Shown one piece after another: positions 26,716-36,544 of a DNA stretch of 37,705 nt. The position numbers were made by a program, and so were the translations under genes. Where the stretch lies: the NCBI GenBank assembly GCA_011364975.1, contig RDOE01000030.1:1-37705 (forward strand), given 5' to 3'. The first letter of the stretch is position 1. Every line of letters starts with the position of its first letter. A model generated the notes under the pieces. It saw only the letters and a list, made by a program, of their open reading frames with translations, ran no database searches and was not told where the DNA came from. Source of the DNA: Promethearchaeota archaeon (GTDB taxonomy: Archaea; Asgardarchaeota; Lokiarchaeia; Sigyniarchaeales; SOKP01).

Positions 26716-27990
26716 TTATTTTTTCTCTGCTTCTTTTGCCCAAATTAAAGGAATGATAGCTGTAATAATTATGATAGCTGAGATTATGAAAAGTAATGAA
26801 GGAGGAATATAACCTGGTAATAACCCTAATTCTGTTGTTGTAGTAAAGTATGTTCCAAATGTTTCAGCAATAAATCCGCCTAATAAGGAGCCTACAACCA
26901 TTCCTATTAAAATGTTAAATACAAGATAATATCCATGGAATTGTCCACGCCTAGTTTCAGGATAAAGATCTTTTAACCAAGTTCTTGTAGAGACATTAAA
27001 AGCAAGAAAAGCATAAATCCAAACTGACACAGTGATTACAAGATATATAAATTCTCTAGCAAAAGCAAAAAGGAACAGAAATATCGTTTCAATGATTACA
27101 GAGATCATAGCAACTTTCTTTCTTCCAATTTTATCAACAAGTCTACCGGTTGGGTAAGCAAGGATGATAGAGATGAGGAATGCAATAAAAACTATAATTG
27201 AGGCAGTCCCAATATCTATTTCCAAATTGTATTGCACATAAATTAAGATAAAAGGAAAAAAGGAAAAAAAGCCGATCCCCCATAAACCAACGCTTCCTAG
27301 TACAAGAGTCAAATCTTTATTTTCCTTTAAAGTTCTTGGATTGAACGTGTCTTTTATTGTATTCCAATATCCTCTTTGATTAGGCTTTAAATTTTCTGGT
27401 TCAGGAGCTATAAAAGCTCCTGGGATGCCAAATATTGCGGCTATTGCAGCGATTATTAAAAAGTATATTAAATAATCAAAAGCCTCAATAATGTATCCGG
27501 ATAATCCATATACAACTAAAAGCGCTACAAAAAACATAATCTCTTTAATTGAACCGATTTTTCCTCGGTTTTCTATTGTCGTAATGTCAGTAACATAAGC
27601 ATTTAACGCTGCATCATTTGCCGTGGCTCCAAAAAAAGTCATAATGCTATCGAATAGAATTGCTATAAAAACTGCTAGAGCAACAGAACCAAAAAACATA
27701 GAAAAAGGAAATAACGCAGTAGTTAATGTGAAGAAAATCATACCAATTTTTAAAAAAATTGTTCTCTTTCCTTTTGTATCACTTAAAGCACCCATAAATA
27801 TTGTTGTTAAAGTAGAGATTACTGCAGTAATTGAAACAAGTAATGATACATAAAGAGGGACTGGAGCAATTTTATTATAAATAAAAGTATTAAAGTATTG
27901 GTTTTCAACTGCCCAAGCAAGCTCTCCAGAAAAACTAAGTAAAACTATAGACCAAAGAGTTCTTTTTGGAAACTTTCTTTCATTAGACAT
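26716..27990 (-). CDS. MFS transporter
   Basis: About 12 TM segments; motif A variants GALSDTKGKR and GRLVDKIGRK. Confidence 0.9.
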   Translation of the reverse strand: MSNERKFPKRTLWSIVLLSFSGELAWAVENQYFNTFIYNKIAPVPLYVSLLVSITAVISTLTTIFMGALSDTKGKRTIFLKIGMIFFTLTTALFPFSMFFGSVALAVFIAILFDSIMTFFGATANDAALNAYVTDITTIENRGKIGSIKEIMFFVALLVVYGLSGYIIEAFDYLIYFLIIAAIAAIFGIPGAFIAPEPENLKPNQRGYWNTIKDTFNPRTLKENKDLTLVLGSVGLWGIGFFSFFPFILIYVQYNLEIDIGTASIIVFIAFLISIILAYPTGRLVDKIGRKKVAMISVIIETIFLFLFAFAREFIYLVITVSVWIYAFLAFNVSTRTWLKDLYPETRRGQFHGYYLVFNILIGMVVGSLLGGFIAETFGTYFTTTTELGLLPGYIPPSLLFIISAIIIITAIIPLIWAKEAEKK

Positions 27991-28121
27991 GAATATCCTC
28001 TAAATATATAGTAAATTTAATTCTAATTATTGAAAGATAAAATTTAAACTATTGAATATTTTAAAAGAAAGAATGAATTTTTATTGTGAAATGTCTTAAG
28101 AAGTGTGTTTTTTTATAATAA

Positions 28122-29522
28122 TTAAGAAATCTGATCCGAAACAAGAGTAAATTTCATTTTTTCCACTTGATTCCATAATTTTTCTGCAATTTCAACCCAT
28201 TGTTCGAAATCATTAATATTTTCTGGATATTCTTCATAATGCTTTCGAATTCTTCCAGAAATTTTCATATATCTAAGCATAGTTGATAGGGCTTTTCTTG
28301 AAAATTGACGCGTCAATAATCCCCAGAGAAAGAGACTAACTATTTTTAGTATCCGTCCAAAACTAATTTCCAATTCCAAATTCTCCCACATAGATGTAAA
28401 ATCTCGTCCACTAAAAATGAAATTATGTTTAAAGAGATAAGTGACATCTTTTTTAGTAGTATTTGCTGCACCAGGAATTTGGGCTAATAAAGCTGCAAGT
28501 TTTGCTCCTCGACCTCTAAAATATTGTATATTAATTTGCCATAAATTCTCCATAGTTAACTTTTGGTCTTTTTTTAAAACTCTATCAATCACTTCAACAG
28601 CAATTAAGCTAGCATTCCAAGAAGATTCTATTGCCTCCCCACTGAAAGATTTCGACATACAAGCACTATCTCCAACACAAAGGAAGCCATTCCCTACAAG
28701 TGAATAAGGGGGTCTACGATATGCAGTAGTGGCTTTATGTATTTCAAGAATATCATATAGTGGAAAAGGAACTTCTTTTAGAAAGATTTCTGTAGCTTTT
28801 TCTTGGTTTCCATATCCCCCGGGTTGTCCACCGCCAAAAATATTTGCATTTGGTAAAAAATGGGGTGCTAACCAAGTTTTATAATAAAGCCATGAAATAG
28901 ATTCTTCATATTCTCCTGTACCAGGGTGTGGCTCATCAGGATTTTTCCATTGGATAACTCTTTGTATTACATACATCTTCTCATCCTCCTCAATCTTAAA
29001 TGTTTCGACTCCAAAATTCTTTGGGAGCGAAGAGCGAACAACCGCTGAGGATCCCGTAGCATCAACTATGAGTTTCCCTAAGAATTCTTGAATATTTCCT
29101 TCTTTCTCAACTTTTATTCCAATGATATGATTGTCTTTAATTAATACTTCTTTATATTCAGTAGAGAATTGAAAATGAACATTATTCTCTTCTGCTAATC
29201 CTATTAGTCTTTGAATAAAAAACTGAAAACGCATTGCTGTTACGGGGTATTTCATCACTTGTTGATACTTTCCATAAGGACCATAATAGGAAGTATATTC
29301 AAAATTAGTGATAAGCTCATCAGTTCCCTCCATGGGGGGAGGAATTCCATACTTTTCAAAAACCATGGTTTCTAAATGAAATTGATCCATTTTCGAACCT
29401 GCATCTTTCCTTGAATTACGTTCTAAGATTATAACTGAATTATTTCTTTTAGCTAATTGCCACCCTAAATAAATACCAACTGGTCCGGCACCAATTATAA
29501 TAATATCTGCTGTATTCTTCAT
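28122..29522 (-). CDS. FAD-dependent oxidoreductase, geranylgeranyl reductase-like
   Basis: DIIIIGAGPVG Rossmann motif, IVDATG..AVVR, VGDSA...SFSGEAI. Confidence 0.72.
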   Translation of the reverse strand: MKNTADIIIIGAGPVGIYLGWQLAKRNNSVIILERNSRKDAGSKMDQFHLETMVFEKYGIPPPMEGTDELITNFEYTSYYGPYGKYQQVMKYPVTAMRFQFFIQRLIGLAEENNVHFQFSTEYKEVLIKDNHIIGIKVEKEGNIQEFLGKLIVDATGSSAVVRSSLPKNFGVETFKIEEDEKMYVIQRVIQWKNPDEPHPGTGEYEESISWLYYKTWLAPHFLPNANIFGGGQPGGYGNQEKATEIFLKEVPFPLYDILEIHKATTAYRRPPYSLVGNGFLCVGDSACMSKSFSGEAIESSWNASLIAVEVIDRVLKKDQKLTMENLWQINIQYFRGRGAKLAALLAQIPGAANTTKKDVTYLFKHNFIFSGRDFTSMWENLELEISFGRILKIVSLFLWGLLTRQFSRKALSTMLRYMKISGRIRKHYEEYPENINDFEQWVEIAEKLWNQVEKMKFTLVSDQIS

Positions 29523-29783
29523 TTCAATAACACTAATATCCTAATAATTTGAATTTTTTTCCTTACTATTAAAAAAAGGATTAAAACTTTTGAGTCTTAT
29601 TAATTCAATTCTAGTTAATAATTCTATCATAAAAGCATTAGAAATCTAAGATAATGTAAGTAAAATGAGTTATAAGATTAAAAATTGGTAAAAAAATTTA
29701 TAAATCAATTTAGCAAACTATGAATAATTCCAATAGGATTTTACATACTCTTATTTTGAAAGGAGTAATATTGAGGAATAAAA

Positions 29784-30833
29784 ATGGAACTGCAAGATGA
29801 AAGATTTATTGATGATAATAAGATATGGGTCGAGCATAATATCCCACTGGCTTTTGATCAAGATAAAATGACCAAATGGTTTAATGAGGAGAGAGGGGGG
29901 GTAAAGGGAGGAGCGGATGTTTTTTATCTTATGTTTGGTATCACTTATAATTGTCAGCTAAAATGTCCTCATTGTTGTGTAGGGAATTATGAGAATGAAC
30001 CAAATAGAGATTTAACAACCAAAGAAATAAAAGATGTATTGGATCAATCTGACAAAGCTTTTGTTGTTAATTTTTTCGGAGGTGAACCTACAATGAGACC
30101 TGATTTAATGGAATTGATTAAATATGCTTCAGAGAGGGCAGTATATGTTTTTTGTGATACAAATGGAATAAAAATCACTAAAGAATATGCAAAACAACTG
30201 AAACAAAACGGATTAGAAGTTCTTTATGTAAGTATAGATAGTCCAATTCCAGAAAAGCATGATGAATTGCGTGGTATGAAAGGATTATTTGAGAAAGCAA
30301 TTCAAGGTGTTAAAAATGCTCTCTCAATTGGATTAAATAGCGCTTTATCTACTTATATTACTCATGAAAACCTAGCTAACGGTGAATTTGAAAATGTAAT
30401 CAATCTAGCAAAAGAGATTAAAGCGAGTGGAGTTAGATATTTATTACCAACTCCAACTGGTAGATGGCTCTATAATCCTGAAGTAAGATTATCACCTGAA
30501 GAGCAGAAAAAAGTTAGGAAAATCGCAAAATTTCCATATGTATGCAGGGATTTCTACTTTCAAAATCAAACTTCAAGTCAATGCAGAGGAATGTCTGATC
30601 AAGTCTATTTTTATATTTCTCCTTACGGTGATGTTCAACCTTGCTGTTTCATACCACTTACTGCGGGAAATGTAAGAGATGAACCTCTAAAAACTATATT
30701 AGATCGGATGTGGAATCATGAGATGTTTTGTGAGGACTGGGTAAAAAAAGAATGTCCGATGCTAAATAAAGAATTTAGAAAGAAATATATCAATTCTATT
30801 CCTTCTGGTACAAAATTACCAGTTAAGATGTAA
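29784..30833 (+). CDS. Radical SAM protein with SPASM/Twitch-type C-terminal domain
   Basis: CQLKCPHC, GGEP, TNG, VSIDS..HD..RG, CRG..ISPYGDVQPCCF..GNV. Confidence 0.9.
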   Translation: MELQDERFIDDNKIWVEHNIPLAFDQDKMTKWFNEERGGVKGGADVFYLMFGITYNCQLKCPHCCVGNYENEPNRDLTTKEIKDVLDQSDKAFVVNFFGGEPTMRPDLMELIKYASERAVYVFCDTNGIKITKEYAKQLKQNGLEVLYVSIDSPIPEKHDELRGMKGLFEKAIQGVKNALSIGLNSALSTYITHENLANGEFENVINLAKEIKASGVRYLLPTPTGRWLYNPEVRLSPEEQKKVRKIAKFPYVCRDFYFQNQTSSQCRGMSDQVYFYISPYGDVQPCCFIPLTAGNVRDEPLKTILDRMWNHEMFCEDWVKKECPMLNKEFRKKYINSIPSGTKLPVKM

Positions 30834-30874
30834 ATTCATATCTTAATTCTATTAAGGTATAAGTGAAGATTTAA

Positions 30875-31705
30875 ATGATGGAAAAGATAAAAGTATCTTG
30901 CGTACAATTTTCTTATAAACCGATCAGTAATTATAAAGATTTTGAAAAAAATGTTGAGAAATTAATTGAGCAAGCTAAAGGGTCACATTTTGTTGTCTTT
31001 CCCGAAACCTTTACTCTCGAGTTACAATATATTATTCCTAATCACGATTTAAGCAAAATTTCAGATTTTACTGAAAAATATATTAGCTTATTTACGAATT
31101 TATCCCAAAAATATTATCAATATATAATAGCAGGAACTCATTTGGTTAAAGAAAATGACAAAGAATATAATATCAGTCATTTATTTTGTCCTGATGGTAA
31201 CATATTTAAACATCGCAAAACCCATTTATTTCCGTTAGAATTACAAATGGGAGTAGTTCCGGGCGACACTCTTGAGATTTTTGAAACTGAGTTTGGGAAG
31301 ATTGGTATCTCTATTTGTTATGAAATGGAATTTCCGGAAGCTGTAAGAATATTGACTTTAAAGGGAGCTGAGATCATTTTTTGTCCATCATATACAGTCG
31401 GGGAACATGGTTTTTGGAGAGTAAGACATTGTTGTCAGGCTAGAGCTATTGAAAATCAAATTTACGTGATACATTCTTGTATGGTGGGTTCTGCACCATT
31501 AGGAGGTTTAGAAGGTTATGGTAAATCTTCAATTCTTAGTCCATGTGAACTTCCTTGGAATCCTAATGGAATAATTGTTGAAGCTGAAGCGAATAAAGAA
31601 ATGATTATTTCTAGTGAATTAGATATAAAACTGTTACATAAAAAAAGAAATAGAAGTGCTGCTCCAACCTTAAAGGATCGGCGTCCAGAAATCTATAATT
31701 TATAA
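30875..31705 (+). CDS. Carbon-nitrogen hydrolase (nitrilase superfamily)
   Basis: Glu-Lys-Cys triad in VFPE, RKTHLF and ICYEMEFPE; ARAIENQ; DRRPEIY. Confidence 0.92.
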   Translation: MMEKIKVSCVQFSYKPISNYKDFEKNVEKLIEQAKGSHFVVFPETFTLELQYIIPNHDLSKISDFTEKYISLFTNLSQKYYQYIIAGTHLVKENDKEYNISHLFCPDGNIFKHRKTHLFPLELQMGVVPGDTLEIFETEFGKIGISICYEMEFPEAVRILTLKGAEIIFCPSYTVGEHGFWRVRHCCQARAIENQIYVIHSCMVGSAPLGGLEGYGKSSILSPCELPWNPNGIIVEAEANKEMIISSELDIKLLHKKRNRSAAPTLKDRRPEIYNL

Positions 31706-31870
31706 CTAATTTTTTCTTTAGATTGTAGTTTTTATAGATTTTAAACTTTAAAAGTTCATTTTAATTAACAAATTATTAACTTTAGATTTAAATTAACCTT
31801 TACATTTCATTGATCTGAAAATCTCTGAATAATATTCTATTCATTTTTTCTTAAAAAGGAGAAAGAGATA

Positions 31871-33115
31871 ATGTTAAGATTTAGTATTAAAAATGCATTT
31901 CGAAAGAAATCAACAGCAATATTAGCAAGTATCGGAGTAGGAGTCGGTTTAATGCTTGTTTTTGTAATTGGCGCATTTACTGCAGGGGTTACGGCTCAGT
32001 TTCAAAGTAATTTAGCCCAAACAATTGGCATTGTAGAAGTCTTAGAAAAAGATGTTGATACTCGAACTAATAGTCATCTGCCTTTAAGTTTACCAGATGA
32101 ACTTTTTACTACCCCAAATGTAGGAGATTTCATCTCACAGTATAATGTTGAAGTGCAAGCTCCCTTCTTCTATACTTCAAATTATTCTGGAGAAGATCAA
32201 TTAAGGATAAATGGAGATCTTTTGACTTTAAAGGCAATAAATCATACTTTAGATCAGTTATGGGGCGGACCTACCAATAATATAATTCAAGGAAGAGTAT
32301 TTGAACCTGATAGTAAAGAAATTATAATAGATTCTCGATTATTAACTGATGCCCAATTCCCAGTAGGTCTAGGTGATGCTTTAGGAGTTAAACTCGATCT
32401 TGGAGACGTTAATAAATCTAGTCTCACAATAGTAGGTGTATATCAGCAAGATGATATTGGAGCACCTCCATTTGTTCCAAAAGAATATTATATTTATACA
32501 GATATATCCACGCTATGGAATTTCTTCAATATTTCTGGTTTGGAAACAAATAGTTATACCGCTATAGAACTACTTTTTAATGTCGAGACTACTAAAGAGA
32601 CAAATCTTTTTGTTGATAGAATAAATACTTATTCGAATGATGGGGGATATTCCCCTATATTTGTAGTTGCATTTGCTTTAGCGGCATTTTTTGAAAATTT
32701 TGAGTCAACCTTCGCCCTTTTTGATGGTTTTGCAGCAATAATTGGGTTTATAACCGTTCTCGCGGGAGGGATGGCAATTATTGTGACACAATTAATGTCT
32801 GTTACTGCAAGAATGAAAGAATTTGCGATTCTCAAATCAACAGGTTGGAAAAATCGGCATATATTTCTAAATGTTATTTATGAATCACTCACTCTCGGCT
32901 TATTAGGTGCCCTTATTGGACTGGGTTTGGGAACCCTCCTTATTTTGCTATTTTCTAGTGGTGGAAGTCCTTTCGGTGGAGCATCAGCAACGATAACTAC
33001 GGGAGGAATTATTGAGGTTATTGCATACGCCTTAGGTTTAGGTATCATCGGGGGATTGTACCCAGGGATAAAGGCTGCGAGAGTTAGACCAGTAGTTGTA
33101 TTAAAAGGAGAATAA
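31871..33115 (+). CDS. ABC transporter permease, MacB/FtsX/LolC family
   Basis: N-terminal TM, large extracytoplasmic domain, then RMKEFAILKSTGW..ES and YPGIKAARVRP. Confidence 0.9.
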   Translation: MLRFSIKNAFRKKSTAILASIGVGVGLMLVFVIGAFTAGVTAQFQSNLAQTIGIVEVLEKDVDTRTNSHLPLSLPDELFTTPNVGDFISQYNVEVQAPFFYTSNYSGEDQLRINGDLLTLKAINHTLDQLWGGPTNNIIQGRVFEPDSKEIIIDSRLLTDAQFPVGLGDALGVKLDLGDVNKSSLTIVGVYQQDDIGAPPFVPKEYYIYTDISTLWNFFNISGLETNSYTAIELLFNVETTKETNLFVDRINTYSNDGGYSPIFVVAFALAAFFENFESTFALFDGFAAIIGFITVLAGGMAIIVTQLMSVTARMKEFAILKSTGWKNRHIFLNVIYESLTLGLLGALIGLGLGTLLILLFSSGGSPFGGASATITTGGIIEVIAYALGLGIIGGLYPGIKAARVRPVVVLKGE

Positions 33116-33129
33116 TGAGGTGAATATAG

Positions 33130-33837
33130 TTGTCATTGATCAAATTGGTAAATATAAGCAAAATTTATGGTGAAGAAAGAACTACCATTAAGGCTTTAGA
33201 CGATGTGAGCTTAGAAATCGAGCAAGGAAAAATTATAACTATAATGGGTCCATCTGGAAGTGGAAAGTCAACTTTATTGAATATTCTTGGTGCAATGGAT
33301 AAACCTACTAATGGAGAGGTATTAGTTAACGATAAAGATATTGGAAAAGTCGCTGAAAGTAAATTATCTTCATATAGAAAAAATATTATTGGATTTGTAT
33401 TTCAAAGTTTTTACCTTTTACCAAATCTGGATGTCATTAACAATGTATTAATCCCTTTAATCCCTTATGGTATTAAGGATCCCGATAGAGAAAGAGCACA
33501 AGAACTTTTAAATTTAGTTGGATTAGGAGAACGATCTAAGAGCAAAGTAAGAAAACTTTCTGGTGGCGAATCTCAGAGAGTAGCTATTGCAAGAGCGTTA
33601 ATTAATAACCCAAAAGTGATATTAGCGGATGAACCAACTGGAAACTTAGATTCAGTAACAGGAAAAGCAATAATTGACCTGCTTATTAAATTGGCTGAAC
33701 AAGGAACGACAGTAATAATAGTGACTCACGATCCTAGAATTGCACAGGTAATCTCCGAACATCCTCTTGGGCAAAATATTTGGATAAAAGATGGTAAATT
33801 AAGTAACGAACCAACTTATGATATGTACTGTTGGTAA
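33130..33837 (+). CDS. ABC transporter ATP-binding protein, LolD/MacB family
   Basis: GPSGSGKST, GFVFQ, LSGGESQRVAIARAL, LADEPTGNLD, VTHD. TTG start after GAGGTGA. Confidence 0.95.
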   Translation: MSLIKLVNISKIYGEERTTIKALDDVSLEIEQGKIITIMGPSGSGKSTLLNILGAMDKPTNGEVLVNDKDIGKVAESKLSSYRKNIIGFVFQSFYLLPNLDVINNVLIPLIPYGIKDPDRERAQELLNLVGLGERSKSKVRKLSGGESQRVAIARALINNPKVILADEPTGNLDSVTGKAIIDLLIKLAEQGTTVIIVTHDPRIAQVISEHPLGQNIWIKDGKLSNEPTYDMYCW

Positions 33838-33939
33838 TGATATTTTTTTCAAAAATTATTTTTTTTATCTTAAATTGATTTTATTAATTAATGCTAAAAA
33901 TAGCTTTAATTTGTTAATTTCAAATTATCGGGGATATTA

Positions 33940-34548
33940 TTGGAAGATTTATCTGTATATTTAGAGCCTACTTATTTCATTGATTCAGATTCAGAATATA
34001 TTAAAAATTTAGCACAAAAGATAACTCAGAATGCAAAGAACAAAAAGAAAAAAGCAATTAAAATATTTTATTGGACGCGAGACACAATATATTATGATCC
34101 TTATGAAAGTTTTGCTTCAAGAAAATCTTGGTATAAGGCTTCAAACACTGCAAAAAGAGGAAAGGGATGGTGTGTTCAAAAAGCAGTGGTTTTAACAGCT
34201 CTTGGAAGAGCTCTCGGTATCCCTTCAAGATTACATTTTGCAGATATTAGGAATTATAAAATAAGTGAAAAACAGAAAAATATCATGCATACTGATGTGT
34301 TTATTTATCATGGTTTTACTGAATTATTTATGGATGGTAAATGGGTTAAATTAACACCCGCCTTTAATAAAGAGCTTTGTATTAAATTTAGCTTGCCTAT
34401 TGTAGAATTTGATGGAACTAATGATGCAATTCTTTCCGCGTATACATTAAATGGAGAGAAATATATCGAATATTTAGCCGATAGAGGCCCTGAGATTGAT
34501 CTCCCTTTTAAAAGAATATTTAAGGCCTTTTTTGAATACTATGTCTAA
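33940..34548 (+). CDS. Transglutaminase-like cysteine protease family protein
   Basis: GWCVQKA..ALGRALGIPSRL, YHGFTE, GKWVKLTPAFN. Confidence 0.82.
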   Translation: MEDLSVYLEPTYFIDSDSEYIKNLAQKITQNAKNKKKKAIKIFYWTRDTIYYDPYESFASRKSWYKASNTAKRGKGWCVQKAVVLTALGRALGIPSRLHFADIRNYKISEKQKNIMHTDVFIYHGFTELFMDGKWVKLTPAFNKELCIKFSLPIVEFDGTNDAILSAYTLNGEKYIEYLADRGPEIDLPFKRIFKAFFEYYV

Positions 34549-34576
34549 AAATTAGTTCTCAAAAAATATAATTTGA

Positions 34577-34597
34577 AAAAAAAAAGAATTAAAAAAA
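34577..34597 (-). terminator. Oligo-T terminator-like tracts for the minus-strand 34621 gene
   Basis: A9 and A7 runs on the plus strand, downstream of the minus-strand stop. Confidence 0.4.
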
Positions 34598-34620
34598 TTT
34601 AATCCACTATTTTTAATAAT

Positions 34621-35775
34621 TTATACTTGAGCACTTTCTCCGTCAACAGCTACATTTCCAGTCGATGTAGTTAAACTAAAATTGTATTTTTGAGTTGCTG
34701 TGCCATAATTTAGGGATTGATAAAGGTCTCCCAAGATTTCCATAGTAGAGTCGGAGGTATAATCTATCGAACCGGTACTCGTTGAGCTTAAGAATCGAAC
34801 TCCTGTATTCGCTAGAGTATCTCGGTAAAGCACACCGATACTTCCAGTTGAGGTCTCTAAGTGGCTTGTAACATTCGCATTCATATTGTTGTATTGATAT
34901 ACATAGGCATTTATTCCTCCGGTAGAAGTCTCAAGATTAAGATTTAGATTTTTAGTATAAACCATGTTATAACTTCTATAGGCAATTGAACCAGTAGAAA
35001 CAAGACCATCAATGTTATCTCCCATTAAACAACTAGTAAAATTTAAGGTTAATGACCCTGTAGATGTTTTTGCATAATATCCTTCCATGAAATCAGTTCC
35101 CGTAGCAAAAATACTGGAAGATCCCGTGCTTGTGGTCATACTGACTAAACCATTGAATATACCATTGGTTGCATCCATACTTACCGACCCGGTACTTGTA
35201 TCCAAACTAACTTGACCGTCAAATGTAACATTAGTTGCTTCCATTGATACTGATCCGGTGCTACTGTATAATAATGTTCGATTTAATACTACATTCTCTG
35301 GAACATACATTTCTATGGAACCTGTACTAGATGAGGCAAGTAAATCGTAAACAACATCAGTTCTAAGAGTCACAGTTATATTAATATTATATGAGCTAAA
35401 CCAGTGCGAAGGATCGAACCAAACTTCAGGTAAGACTTCAAGTGTAAAAGTTTTTGTTGATTCATCCCACCAATCTGAACTAGCTTTAAAGAAATCAGTA
35501 TAAGATTTTCCTGCCATAAACAGTCCTGAAACTTTTATACTTACGTCGATGCTAGCATAATGGGAAGTAGCTGAAGAATTATATTGAACAAAAATTTTAC
35601 CAATATCTGCATTTATTTTTAAATCTTCAATAGGATTTGGTGAACTTGGATCATAGGAAATGTTATAATCATACTCTATTACCCCTGCAGTTGCAAAACC
35701 CGTAATTACAAATCCTAATCCTGCGCCTCCAAGGAGCACTACAACCACGATAATTGCAATATTATAATTTCTCAT
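34621..35775 (-). CDS. Membrane-anchored beta-strand repeat protein (DUF4097/putative adhesin-like)
   Basis: N-terminal TM; ten STG(S/G/N) repeats, mostly spaced 22-25 aa apart. Confidence 0.75.
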   Translation of the reverse strand: MRNYNIAIIVVVVLLGGAGLGFVITGFATAGVIEYDYNISYDPSSPNPIEDLKINADIGKIFVQYNSSATSHYASIDVSIKVSGLFMAGKSYTDFFKASSDWWDESTKTFTLEVLPEVWFDPSHWFSSYNINITVTLRTDVVYDLLASSSTGSIEMYVPENVVLNRTLLYSSTGSVSMEATNVTFDGQVSLDTSTGSVSMDATNGIFNGLVSMTTSTGSSSIFATGTDFMEGYYAKTSTGSLTLNFTSCLMGDNIDGLVSTGSIAYRSYNMVYTKNLNLNLETSTGGINAYVYQYNNMNANVTSHLETSTGSIGVLYRDTLANTGVRFLSSTSTGSIDYTSDSTMEILGDLYQSLNYGTATQKYNFSLTTSTGNVAVDGESAQV

Positions 35776-35907
35776 TTCTTCTTTTCACTTTTATTTTTAT
35801 TTTTAAGCTAGAATTTATTTGAGAATATTTAAATAAAATTTAGACTGATTTTTGTGAAATACTTCTTTTTTAAAAAGATTAATTTTAATAAAATAAAAGT
35901 AATGATT

Positions 35908-36426
35908 TCAAACCTTTTTTAATAAGGTTTCTCCAAATCTTTTAGCTTTATCAAGATCTACTTTATTAGGACGACCTTTAATCTTTTCCATATCTTCTAG
36001 TGCTTTCTTTTTTTTATCTTCCGGTAGTTTATCAAACATAGTCATTCTTGTTTTTAGAGGTATACCAATATTATCTCCAACACAATCAAATTCATCAACA
36101 ATTTTAGATCCATGTTCTGCTAATATCTTAGTTATATTATAAAATGGTTTTTGATAAAATTCTAAACTTGCATGCGTACAAAAATAAGCAAATTTAGAAG
36201 GCAAATTTGGTGCGGCTTCTTTTACAAGATTTACGAGGGATTTATCAATACGACTTGCGTAAATTCCAGACCCTAATAATACAAGATCATAAGCAGCAAT
36301 TTTTGATGCATCTACATCTTTTACTGGAATAAGGTCTACTTCATTTTCTTTTAAACCTTCTTTAATACTATATGCCACTTTTTCAGTATTGCCAGTGTTT
36401 GAAAAATAGGTTATTAATATTTTCAT
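35908..36426 (-). CDS. Flavodoxin family protein
   Basis: MKILITYFSNTGNTEKVA, YDLVLLGSGIY. ATG 36426 lies 5 nt after GGTGA (the track starts at TTG 36438). Confidence 0.88.
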   Translation of the reverse strand: MKILITYFSNTGNTEKVAYSIKEGLKENEVDLIPVKDVDASKIAAYDLVLLGSGIYASRIDKSLVNLVKEAAPNLPSKFAYFCTHASLEFYQKPFYNITKILAEHGSKIVDEFDCVGDNIGIPLKTRMTMFDKLPEDKKKKALEDMEKIKGRPNKVDLDKAKRFGETLLKKV

Positions 36427-36544
36427 TAAATTCACCAAAGTTATTTCTTCTTAAATTATATAATTCATTTTTAATAATAATATTTGAGGAAAAAATCAAA
36501 ATAATTCGTTTTTCATTAATCTTGAAATTAAATTGACCCGCTAA

